Shown one piece after another: positions 1 to 8,296 of a stretch of DNA of 18,709 nt (its first letter is position 1; every line of letters begins with the position of its first letter). This DNA comes from an uncultured archaeon. GTDB taxonomy: Archaea; Asgardarchaeota; Lokiarchaeia; Sigyniarchaeales; SOKP01. The stretch is from contig CAZBPC010000068.1 of NCBI GenBank assembly GCA_964493715.1, positions 1 to 18,709 of the forward strand, in the 5' to 3' direction. The position numbers were made by a program, and so were the translations under genes. A model generated the notes under the pieces. The model saw only the letters and a program-made list of their open reading frames with translations, did no database searches and was not told where the DNA came from.

Positions 1-956
1 ATTTTTTTGAATTCTTCTTTGCAAAGGTTATAAAGAGTTCTGTTAATTGGAACTTCAACACCATGATTTTCTGCTAATTCGATGAAATAGCCGGTTAATG
101 AATCAATTTCTGATTTGCCTCTTTTACGAATTACCATATCCTGTGACATGCTATTAAACCAAGCGTATTTCATGCTCTTACTAAAAACCCGAAGTAATAT
201 TCCCTTTCCTATTTTTTTAGCTAATTTAATTAATTTCCAAGAAGGAAATCCTTTTAATGGATATTCCTTATATTCTGCTTTCTTTAAAACTTCAATTCCC
301 TCTAAAAAAGTGTAAATAAATAATCGTACAATCTTGTATCTCTTCTTATCGGTTAAATTATTATTATCGATCAATGTAAAAATCGAATTTGCATTGTTTA
401 AAATTAATTTAGAATGAACGGTATCATTAAATCGTTTAGAAGTTTTTGTAGGAAAGCCTAAAATAAAGATATCCTTAACTTTTTCTATTATCTCCTGTCT
501 TTCATTGGTGGGGGTTCCCAATATTATTTCTCCCTTTCCTCGGTTTCCGAAAATTCCTGGTTCATCATACCAAGCTGAAAACATGATAACGCCATAAACA
601 ACCTTTGAGAAATATTTAGGCAATATTTTTTGATTTTCTATACCATTTTGCAAACCAATAACAATTGGCATATCTCCTAATTTTTCATAAATATCTTTTG
701 CAACTTCCTCAAGGTCATAATTTTTAACTGTAATAACAATAACTTCTGGTGGTTTAATTTCATTTAAATCTGTTATTATTTTAATCGGTATTGTTTTAGA
801 ATTTTTCCTATTCATTTCATACAGAATTAAACCCCTTGATTTTATTGCATTAGCATTCTCCCCCCTAACTAGCAAATAAACAGGTTCATAATGGTCATTC
901 AACCAGCCAGCTAAAGTAGATCCAATAGCTCCTGCTCCATAAAATACTATACTCAT
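1..956 (-). CDS. panE: 2-dehydropantoate 2-reductase (ketopantoate reductase, PanE/ApbA) family protein, 3'-truncated by the window edge
   Basis: Translated by hand (not in the ORF track). ATG at 956 gives MSIVFYGAGAIGSTLAGWL (Rossmann GxGxxG), VITVKNYD, GLQNGIEN, HSKLILN (catalytic Lys) and NSMSQD...KSEIDSLTGY...GVEVPIN. The frame stays open to position 3 with no stop in the window. Confidence 0.88.
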   Translation of the reverse strand, partial: MSIVFYGAGAIGSTLAGWLNDHYEPVYLLVRGENANAIKSRGLILYEMNRKNSKTIPIKIITDLNEIKPPEVIVITVKNYDLEEVAKDIYEKLGDMPIVIGLQNGIENQKILPKYFSKVVYGVIMFSAWYDEPGIFGNRGKGEIILGTPTNERQEIIEKVKDIFILGFPTKTSKRFNDTVHSKLILNNANSIFTLIDNNNLTDKKRYKIVRLFIYTFLEGIEVLKKAEYKEYPLKGFPSWKLIKLAKKIGKGILLRVFSKSMKYAWFNSMSQDMVIRKRGKSEIDSLTGYFIELAENHGVEVPINRTLYNLCKEEFKK

Positions 957-1026
957 ACTTACTTTTTAATACTATTATCTTAATATTTTTAATGTCTTAT
1001 TTTCATAATGCTCTGTTTTTTATTAA

Positions 1027-1143
1027 GTATATGTTGGTGGGCTTGTAGTAACTGGTGGAGAAGGTGGAGGACATCAATCTTATGAGAAATTTATAACTAC
1101 TGCTGAAAAACGTATTAAATTAACCGCCAGTTTGTTAAAATAA
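1027..1143 (+). pseudogene. Short remnant resembling a nitronate monooxygenase / FabK-family flavoprotein
   Basis: After TAA at 1024-1026 the frame reads VYVGGLVVTGGEGGGHQSYEKFITTAEKRIKLTASLLK*. This contains a GxEGGGH motif like the 'D-A-V-I-A-E-G-x-E-A-G-G-H' segment of that family. No start codon; only 38 codons; G-rich island in AT-rich DNA. Confidence 0.5.
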
Positions 1144-1280
1144 AGTTTCTTAATACTATTTTTTCTTTTTATTATAAAAATTTTGTTAGTTTGATAATTC
1201 TGGAGTTAATAAATAAGCTTAAAAACTGGATTTTGTTATCACTATGATAAGAGCATTTAATAGAAATTATATTTTCGTCG

Positions 1281-2414
1281 ATGTTATATAAAAAAGAACG
1301 ACCAGCCATTTTGATGTTTAGCGATGGTCGCTATTTCGAGGGGATCGGATTTGGAGCAACGAAAAAAGTATATGGAGAAATTGTATTTACAACAATCACT
1401 GGAGCGGGATATAATGAAACTTTAACAGATCCCTCATATAAAGGCCAGATTGTGGTTATGACACACCCTTTAGTAGGAAATTATGGAGTTCCTGCTTGGG
1501 AAAAGGATGAATCGGGCATTCTCAAGTATTTTGAATCTGATTCAATAAAAGTGAGTGGTTTTGTAATTAATGAATGTTGCAAGAATCCGAGTCACTATGA
1601 AAGTGTGAAAACTCTAAATGAATTTCTTTTAGAAGAAAATGTCCCTGGAATTGAATGGGTTGATACTCGTGCCATAACCAAAATTTTAAGGGAAGAAGGA
1701 GTAAAATTAGGATTATTAGCTGTTCTAAATCCTGGCGAAATTCCAAATATTGAAGAATTACAAGAGGAAGTTAAAAAAGTAGAAGATCCAAACGTAAGAG
1801 ATTTATCTGGTGAAGTTTCAACTCAAGAAATTGTTCATTATGAACCTGCCCATGCAAAGGGAAAAGTTGTCGTTTTAGATATGGGAGTAAAATTAAACAT
1901 TTTAAGGAATTTCATAAGTCGTGATTTGGAAGTAGTTGTCGTCCCTCATAATTATACTTACGAACAAATCATGTTATTGAACCCAAATGGAGTATTTATC
2001 TCTAATGGTCCAGGAGATCCTGCCGTATATTTAAGCGCTATAGAAGTTGCTCGCAATTTGATAGATAATAATATCCCAACAATGGGGATTTGTTTAGGAA
2101 ATCAAATCATTGGTTTAGCTGCAGGTGGATCTTCTTATAAACTAAAATATGGTCATAGAGGAGGAAATAAAACCGTTATCAATCCATATACTCAACGATG
2201 TTTTATTACTTCTCAAAATCACGGGTTTTGCATTAAAGATTTTGAGCAAGGTGGCTTTAAAGAATTTTTAAGAAATTTGGATGACGATTCAAATGAAGGT
2301 TTAATGCATAATCAAAAACAAATATTTGCGGTGCAATTCCATCCTGAAGCATCACCGGGACCACTCGATTCTCTCTATCTATTTGATAAATTTATTGAAA
2401 TGATGAATTTGTGA
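1281..2414 (+). CDS. carA: Carbamoyl-phosphate synthase small (glutaminase) subunit
   Basis: TDPSYKGQI, PLVGNYGVP, ISNGPGDP, MGICLGNQ (catalytic Cys), SQNHGF, VQFHPEASPGP (His-Glu); directly upstream of carB. Confidence 0.98.
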   Translation: MLYKKERPAILMFSDGRYFEGIGFGATKKVYGEIVFTTITGAGYNETLTDPSYKGQIVVMTHPLVGNYGVPAWEKDESGILKYFESDSIKVSGFVINECCKNPSHYESVKTLNEFLLEENVPGIEWVDTRAITKILREEGVKLGLLAVLNPGEIPNIEELQEEVKKVEDPNVRDLSGEVSTQEIVHYEPAHAKGKVVVLDMGVKLNILRNFISRDLEVVVVPHNYTYEQIMLLNPNGVFISNGPGDPAVYLSAIEVARNLIDNNIPTMGICLGNQIIGLAAGGSSYKLKYGHRGGNKTVINPYTQRCFITSQNHGFCIKDFEQGGFKEFLRNLDDDSNEGLMHNQKQIFAVQFHPEASPGPLDSLYLFDKFIEMMNL

Positions 2415-2418
2415 TAAC

Positions 2419-5400
2419 ATGCCGTTAGACACAACAATCAAAAAAGCATTAGTGTTAGGTTCAGGGGGAATTCGGATTGGTCAAGCTGGAGAATTTGATT
2501 ATTCTGGAAGTCAAGTTTTAAAAGCGTTAAAGGAGGAAGGAATAGAAACGATTTTAATAAATCCCAACATAGCAACAATTCAAACAGACCCCGAATTATC
2601 AGACAAGGTTTATTTATTACCAGTAAATGTAAAATATGTTGAGGAAGTAATAAAAAAAGAGAAACCAGATGGTATCTTACTAGCATTTGGAGGTCAGACA
2701 GCTTTAAACGTCGGTGTAGAATTGAAAGAACTTGGGATGTTGGATAAATATAACATAAGAGTCCTTGGAACCCCTATAGAGGCAATTGAGGTCACTGAAG
2801 ATCGAGAATTATTTGTAAAGGCCATGAATAAAGCAAACGCTAAAGTTTGCCGGAGTAAAGCCGTAACATCATATAAAGAGGCGCTAAAGGTTGCTAATAA
2901 TTTTGGTTTTCCTTTAATGCTTCGAGTAGCTTATACATTAGGAGGTAGGGGCTCTGGAATCATAGATAATATGAAAGATTTTGAACGGATGGCAAAAAAA
3001 GGACTAGCCCAATCCAGAATTAATCAAATCCTAATTGAAGAATCGGTTTGGGGATGGAAAGAAGTCGAGTATGAAGTAGTAAGAGATTCTGCCGATAATT
3101 GCTTCATAAATTGTAATATGGAAAATTTTGATCCCGTTGGAATTCATACAGGGGAAAGTATTGTAGTTGCACCATCTCAAACACTCACTAACGAAGAATA
3201 TCACATGTTGCGATCCGCTTCAATCCGCGTCATAAGGGGTCTTGGGATTATCGGTGAATGCAACATTCAGTATGCTTTAAATCCTTTTTCGAAAGAATTT
3301 CGAGTGATTGAAGTAAATGCACGTCTTTCAAGGTCCTCTGCTCTTGCTTCAAAAGCTACTGGGTACCCTTTAGCTTATATAGCTGCCAAACTAGCAATAG
3401 GATATACTCTACCAGAGCTTAAAAATAAAATCACGGGGATCACAACTGCATGTTTTGAACCCGCTTTAGATTATCTAGTTCTTAAAATTCCTCGTTGGGA
3501 TCTTACGAAATTTGATAAAGTTGATAGGCGCATTGGATCTCAGATGAAATCAGTTGGAGAAGTAATGGCTATTGGAAGAACATTTGAAGAAACTCTTCAA
3601 AAGGCTATAAGAATGCTGGATATTGGAATGAAAGGATTAATTGCTAATAATTTAGAACCAATCAATGATATTAATGAATTGAAGTATGCCCTAAGAAATC
3701 CAACTGATTTAAGGCTTTTTAGGTTAGCTGAAGCACTCAAGAGAGGTATATCAATAGATGAAATATACAGATTATCTCGCATAGATAAATGGTTCTTATA
3801 TAAACTCAAAAATATTGTAGATCTCCAAAGACAATTACAAGATATACAATTACTTGAAACTGATGATAACGAGAAAAAATATTGGTTAAAAAGAGCAAAA
3901 AGGTTTGGTTTCTCGGACGGACAAATCGCTAAAATCATGTCAGTAAATACAATTTTTATTAGGCAAATGCGTAGAAGATTAAATATACATCCTTTTGTAA
4001 AAAGAATTGATACATTAGCTGCGGAATGGCCAGCTATCACGAATTATTTATATTTAACCTATAGTGCTTCTGAACATGATATCGATTTTGAAGAAGAAAA
4101 AAAAGCAAATCTTAAAAAAGTCATAGTTCTAGGTTCGGGTACCTACCGAATTGGAGCATCCGTAGAATTTGATTGGGGTTCTGTGAATTGCATGTTAGGG
4201 TTGAAAAAATTAGGTATCGATCAGGCAATTATGATTAATTATAATCCAGAAACGGTTAGTACAGACTATGATATTTCAGATAAGCTATATTTTGAAGAGT
4301 TATCCGGTGAAAGGGTTTTAGATATATGTGAACTCGAACAAGCATACGGTGTAGTAGTATCGGCTGGTGGTCAAATCGCACAAAATTTAGCATCAAAATT
4401 TTCAAAATACTCAGAAATATTTCGTAAAACGGGAATTAATATCTTAGGAACTCACGGAACTAGAATAGATATGGCAGAAGATCGAGCAAAGTTTAGTTCC
4501 CTTCTTGATCAACTAAATATAGTACAACCTCAATGGAAAATGCTTACTACAGCTGAGAGGGCTTTATCATTCGCCCAAGAAGTGGGTTACCCCGTGCTTG
4601 TAAGACCTTCATACGTGTTAAGTGGTGCTGCAATGCGCGTATCATACGACGAAAAAACCCTAAGAGATACTTTAGATTTAGCAGCTGCTGTTTCCAAGGA
4701 TTATCCTGTCGTAATCACTAAGTTCTTTACGAATGCTCGCGAAGTTGAATGCGATGGAGTGTGTGACGGTGAAAATGTTTTAATTGGTGCTATTGTAGAA
4801 CACATCGAAAATGCAGGAGTTCATTCTGGTGATGCCAATATGGCTATACCACCCCAAACGGTTTCAGATGATAATTTACACAAAATTGAAGAATATACAC
4901 GAAAAATTGCTCTCGCTTTAAAAATAAGAGGGCCGTTTAATGTTCAATATTTAGTAAAAAATAATGAAGTATCGGTAATTGAATGCAATTTAAGATCTAG
5001 CCGAAGCATGCCTTATGTTTCAAAAACGAGAGGAATTAATCTTATGAGATTAGCTGCTGAAGTAATAATGGGCAATAAAATCCCTGTGAGATTAATGGAT
5101 CTTCCTTATGGCAATTATGTTGCAATTAAGACCCCAATGTTCTCGTTTGTTAGATTAGATAAAGCAGATCCTATCTTAGGCGTTGAAATGGCGAGTACAG
5201 GAGAAGTGGCTTGTATCGATGCAGATTTCCCCGGAGCTTTAATAAAATCATTAGAAGCTTCTGAGGTAAATATCCCTATGAATGGAGGAAATGTCTTAAT
5301 TTCGGTAGGTGGTTATGAATTAAAGAATCAAGTAATACCTCTTGCTCAAAAATTGAAAGAATTAGAATTCACAATATTTGCAACTGAAGATACGAAAAAA

Positions 5401-5730
5401 GCGCTTAATGAAAATGGAATAGAGGCTGTTCGACTCTATAAAGTGCACGAATATGGAATGGAACCAAATATTATGCAATGTTTACAAGAGGGACACATTG
5501 ATATGGTAATTAACATCCCACTGCCAACTAGTGTAAAAGAGAAGTTTAAACAGATAATGGAAGATGAATATCAAATAAGAAGAATGGCAGTAGACTATAA
5601 TATTCCTGTAATCATTAATTTACAGTTAGCAGAAGCAGTTATCGACGCTATAAAAAATATGCGTGAAAAGAAAATTGAAATTAAGTCCCTTAACGAGTAT
5701 CATGAAACATTAAAAGAAGTATACTGGTGA
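2419..5730 (+). CDS. carB: Carbamoyl-phosphate synthase large subunit
   Basis: IGQAGEFDYSG, NPNIATIQTD, two ATP-grasp repeats (IEVNARLSRSSALASKATGYPLA; IECNLRSSRS), MKSVGEVMAIGR, C-terminal MGS-like domain; 1103 aa. Confidence 0.99.
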   Translation: MPLDTTIKKALVLGSGGIRIGQAGEFDYSGSQVLKALKEEGIETILINPNIATIQTDPELSDKVYLLPVNVKYVEEVIKKEKPDGILLAFGGQTALNVGVELKELGMLDKYNIRVLGTPIEAIEVTEDRELFVKAMNKANAKVCRSKAVTSYKEALKVANNFGFPLMLRVAYTLGGRGSGIIDNMKDFERMAKKGLAQSRINQILIEESVWGWKEVEYEVVRDSADNCFINCNMENFDPVGIHTGESIVVAPSQTLTNEEYHMLRSASIRVIRGLGIIGECNIQYALNPFSKEFRVIEVNARLSRSSALASKATGYPLAYIAAKLAIGYTLPELKNKITGITTACFEPALDYLVLKIPRWDLTKFDKVDRRIGSQMKSVGEVMAIGRTFEETLQKAIRMLDIGMKGLIANNLEPINDINELKYALRNPTDLRLFRLAEALKRGISIDEIYRLSRIDKWFLYKLKNIVDLQRQLQDIQLLETDDNEKKYWLKRAKRFGFSDGQIAKIMSVNTIFIRQMRRRLNIHPFVKRIDTLAAEWPAITNYLYLTYSASEHDIDFEEEKKANLKKVIVLGSGTYRIGASVEFDWGSVNCMLGLKKLGIDQAIMINYNPETVSTDYDISDKLYFEELSGERVLDICELEQAYGVVVSAGGQIAQNLASKFSKYSEIFRKTGINILGTHGTRIDMAEDRAKFSSLLDQLNIVQPQWKMLTTAERALSFAQEVGYPVLVRPSYVLSGAAMRVSYDEKTLRDTLDLAAAVSKDYPVVITKFFTNAREVECDGVCDGENVLIGAIVEHIENAGVHSGDANMAIPPQTVSDDNLHKIEEYTRKIALALKIRGPFNVQYLVKNNEVSVIECNLRSSRSMPYVSKTRGINLMRLAAEVIMGNKIPVRLMDLPYGNYVAIKTPMFSFVRLDKADPILGVEMASTGEVACIDADFPGALIKSLEASEVNIPMNGGNVLISVGGYELKNQVIPLAQKLKELEFTIFATEDTKKALNENGIEAVRLYKVHEYGMEPNIMQCLQEGHIDMVINIPLPTSVKEKFKQIMEDEYQIRRMAVDYNIPVIINLQLAEAVIDAIKNMREKKIEIKSLNEYHETLKEVYW

Positions 5731-5765
5731 TTTTTCAGATCTTAGTTATAAATGTTTTTTCTTTT
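5731..5765 (+). terminator. Putative archaeal oligo-T terminator of carAB
   Basis: TTTTT immediately after the carB TGA and TTTTTTCTTTT at 5755-5765, ahead of a convergent gene. Confidence 0.4.
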
Positions 5766-5826
5766 GGTATTCAAGAGTTGTTTTAAAATCCTTTATTTAA
5801 TGTGTAATAATTTATAAATAACTTTC

Positions 5827-6384
5827 CTACCTTGAAATGGAAAGATTCTTGTAGTTTAAAACGAGGTTTATGCACTCCCTATAATTAGAAACCCATCGAG
5901 AATTTATAACATAAGGGTTTCTATCTCTAAAAAAAATTCGAAGTTGTAAAGTCTTCCGCCTTCTTGGTTCTTTAGAAGTATAAAAAAGAACCCAAGATGA
6001 CCGTAATCGATGGTAATCTTCTTTAATTTTAACATAATCTATATCAGCAATATCTTCAAAAGGGATAAATGTGGTTTTCAAGAATAATAAAATAGTTGGC
6101 TTACGAAGTGATATGCCGTTCTCATAAACGATAATATAGTTCAAAAAATATCTTACGACAGATAAGATTGTGAGTATACCCATAATGCAACCACCAAGAA
6201 GCACCCCAATTGCTACAAGTATGCCTCCTTCACGCATTAGAGATTCGTTAAAAAAATAAAAAAGTCCGGGTATTATGAATATTAATGTAGAACTGAGCCC
6301 ATAGCTGAGATCCCCCTTCCAACCATTTTTGTTCCATTGAGCAAATTCGTTCCTCCAAACTTCATTTAATAGTGGTTTTTTCAT
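5827..6384 (-). CDS. Hypothetical membrane protein (2 TM helices plus a C-terminal bacterial PH-like domain)
   Basis: Two hydrophobic segments, then IIVYENGISLRKP...FIPFEDIADIDY, a pattern typical of bPH-type domains. ATG at 6384 (MKKPLL) preferred over TTG at 6414. Confidence 0.7.
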   Translation of the reverse strand: MKKPLLNEVWRNEFAQWNKNGWKGDLSYGLSSTLIFIIPGLFYFFNESLMREGGILVAIGVLLGGCIMGILTILSVVRYFLNYIIVYENGISLRKPTILLFLKTTFIPFEDIADIDYVKIKEDYHRLRSSWVLFYTSKEPRRRKTLQLRIFFRDRNPYVINSRWVSNYRECINLVLNYKNLSISR

Positions 6385-6574
6385 CTCAAATCGTTTATGT
6401 CCTTTTAGATGCAAATTATAATTATATTATTTTCGTTTAAAAGATTATTGGAAGTAATAAATTGTGAAGATGAAAAAAAATTATTGCCAGTCTAACATTA
6501 AACTTCTTATTTAAAAAGCAATAATTATCAATAACTTTTGTAATAAAAACAGATCTTCATTCGGTGTTAAAAGA

Positions 6575-6859
6575 ATTTATTACCGTGGATACGTCCTCAT
6601 ACGACTTAAAATCATAGGAACTCAATGGAATATAATTAGTAAACTCAAAGAATTCAATAAGAATGAATCGAATGAAGATTGGAAAATAACATATTCAACT
6701 CCCGTATATGGTGGTTGGGATCTCATGCTCGAATGCATTTTTACAAATTTGAGTGATTTAGAAAAAATTATTACTTACTGTAGAACTGATGAAGATCTCC
6801 AAAAATGGCTGGATGCTACCACCACTCTTATTAGCGTGAAGAATAATTATGATCTATGA
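6575..6859 (+). CDS. Small Lrp/AsnC ligand-binding (RAM)-like domain protein, 94 aa, probable ATT start
   Basis: Not in the ORF track. Reads (M)YYRGYVLIRLKIIGTQWNIISKLKEFNKNESNEDWKITYSTPVYGGWDLMLECIFTNLSDLEKIITYCRTDEDLQKWLDATTTLISVKNNYDL*. The YVLI...VYGxWD...TTTLI pattern matches the AsnC-type beta-alpha-beta fold. GGTG lies 8 nt before the ATT. It fills an otherwise empty ~490-bp gap. Confidence 0.78.
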   Translation: MYYRGYVLIRLKIIGTQWNIISKLKEFNKNESNEDWKITYSTPVYGGWDLMLECIFTNLSDLEKIITYCRTDEDLQKWLDATTTLISVKNNYDL

Positions 6860-6876
6860 TTTAATAAAATTTAATT

Positions 6877-7884
6877 TTAAATCAAATTATTTATGATGAT
6901 TTCTGATATGTCTGCAGAATATTCTCCTGTTCTCCTGATACTTTCGATAATGTGACCAATTTCAGCAGCATATTTATCCACATTTTCAGAATTGATTATT
7001 ATTTTTTCACATGCTACAGTTAATTTTTTTATAGATTCGATATTTTCATTGGCTAGCATGATGTCTTTTTGAAGCCAAGCATCAAGACTAATATTGAGTA
7101 GTTCTAGGGAAATCTTGCTTGCTTCCATTATACTCTCAAATAAGTTCTTATCAATCTTTTCATAATCTAACTTCAACACATTTTGGGCAATTTTTACAGC
7201 ATGATCTCCTATACGCTCTAAAAATTTACTAATTAGCTGGTAGTTAGACGCATCCTCTAATGTTATGTTCATTTTCTGACATAAGATAACATCTCTAAGT
7301 ACAATATGTGATTGGCGCTCGACTAACCAATTCAATCTATCTAAATCATCATCTCTATCAATAACTTTTTGAGCTAAATCTTTATCCGCAGATTCCAAAG
7401 ATCTTACAGCATCTTCGTGCATATCATTAGCTTTTATATACATTTGCTTAATTGCCTTATCAAAAGGCATTTCTTTTGGATTAAGTAAATCTTTAATAAT
7501 TTTTTTGTTTGATGTTTCCTCAATAATTTCAGTACCGATCGTGATCTTTACAAATGATTCAATGACCTCTATTATCAATCGTTCAAATCGATCCCTTGTT
7601 GTCTGTATAATAATCCTGGAATATCCCATAATATATACTCCAATTAAAAGCCGAAATAAGTAATCTGGAGTTGTATCTTTATCGATATCAATTATTTTTT
7701 CTTTAATATATTCTTGAGAGTTTTCATGGGGAGTTATCATTAAATTACCGTTTGGTTGCGAAAGGATACTTAAATTATCACCTTTTTTGATGTTATGCTC
7801 TTTAATCCATTCTTTTGGTAATGAAATGATATAGCTACTGCCACCCGTTTGCTGAACCTTTCTGTTTTCAATATGGATTGACAT
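6877..7884 (-). CDS. Archaeal phosphate uptake regulator (N-terminal AbrB/SpoVT DNA-binding domain plus PhoU domains)
   Basis: RKVQQTGGSSYIISLPKEWI (AbrB/MazE-like), then DRDDDLDRL, LERIGDHAVKIA and SIRRTGEYSADISE (PhoU repeats); divergent from pstS. Confidence 0.93.
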   Translation of the reverse strand: MSIHIENRKVQQTGGSSYIISLPKEWIKEHNIKKGDNLSILSQPNGNLMITPHENSQEYIKEKIIDIDKDTTPDYLFRLLIGVYIMGYSRIIIQTTRDRFERLIIEVIESFVKITIGTEIIEETSNKKIIKDLLNPKEMPFDKAIKQMYIKANDMHEDAVRSLESADKDLAQKVIDRDDDLDRLNWLVERQSHIVLRDVILCQKMNITLEDASNYQLISKFLERIGDHAVKIAQNVLKLDYEKIDKNLFESIMEASKISLELLNISLDAWLQKDIMLANENIESIKKLTVACEKIIINSENVDKYAAEIGHIIESIRRTGEYSADISEIIINNLI

Positions 7885-7920
7885 GATGAAATTGATTATT
7901 TTTAATTAAATATTAATTTA

Positions 7921-8164
7921 TATATATGATATATAGTAAAAACTGATAAAAACTTTATATATATAGATTATATATAACTATGTAATTTTAGTTTATAAAT
8001 TTCTAAATACTATAAAGCTAAGACTTCTAATCAATAAATCTTCTGCTTTTCGTTGTAGATAGATAATCCTATTACAATACTCTAATTATTGACTATTAAT
8101 CTTCTAAATATTTTATTAAAATTTAGCTAAATTCTTCAAAAAGAATAGATATATAGAATATATA
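7921..8164. promoter_or_regulatory. Three TATATA-N3-TATATA sites (7921-7935, 7960-7974, 8150-8164) in the divergent regulator/pstS promoter region
   Basis: TATATA-TGA-TATATA, TATATA-GAT-TATATA and TATATA-GAA-TATATA are read directly from the sequence; an operator role is inferred. Confidence 0.5.
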
Positions 8165-8296
8165 TTGAATAGACACGATTATATTTTATGTCGATTGAGC
8201 TTATGATTTAGGTAGGATTTTATAAGATAAGCATGATTTAACTCAAAAACTAAGAGAACTTAACTAAAAATAAAATTATAACAGTGAAAATTTAAT

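Noticed and set aside
115-315. 66-aa plus-strand ORF in the track
   Set aside because: Antisense shadow of the ketopantoate reductase gene.
2412-2421. Possible carA-carB readthrough fusion as in eukaryotic CPS
   Set aside because: Double stop TGA TAA, and carB is in a different frame with its own ATG.
2438-4040. Minus-strand ORFs 2438-2686 and 3597-4040
   Set aside because: Antisense shadows within carB with no motifs.
6470-6574. In-frame ATG at 6470 as the true start of the Lrp-like gene
   Set aside because: Interrupted by TAA at 6512-6514. The extension looks like intergenic promoter DNA and the domain begins at 6575.
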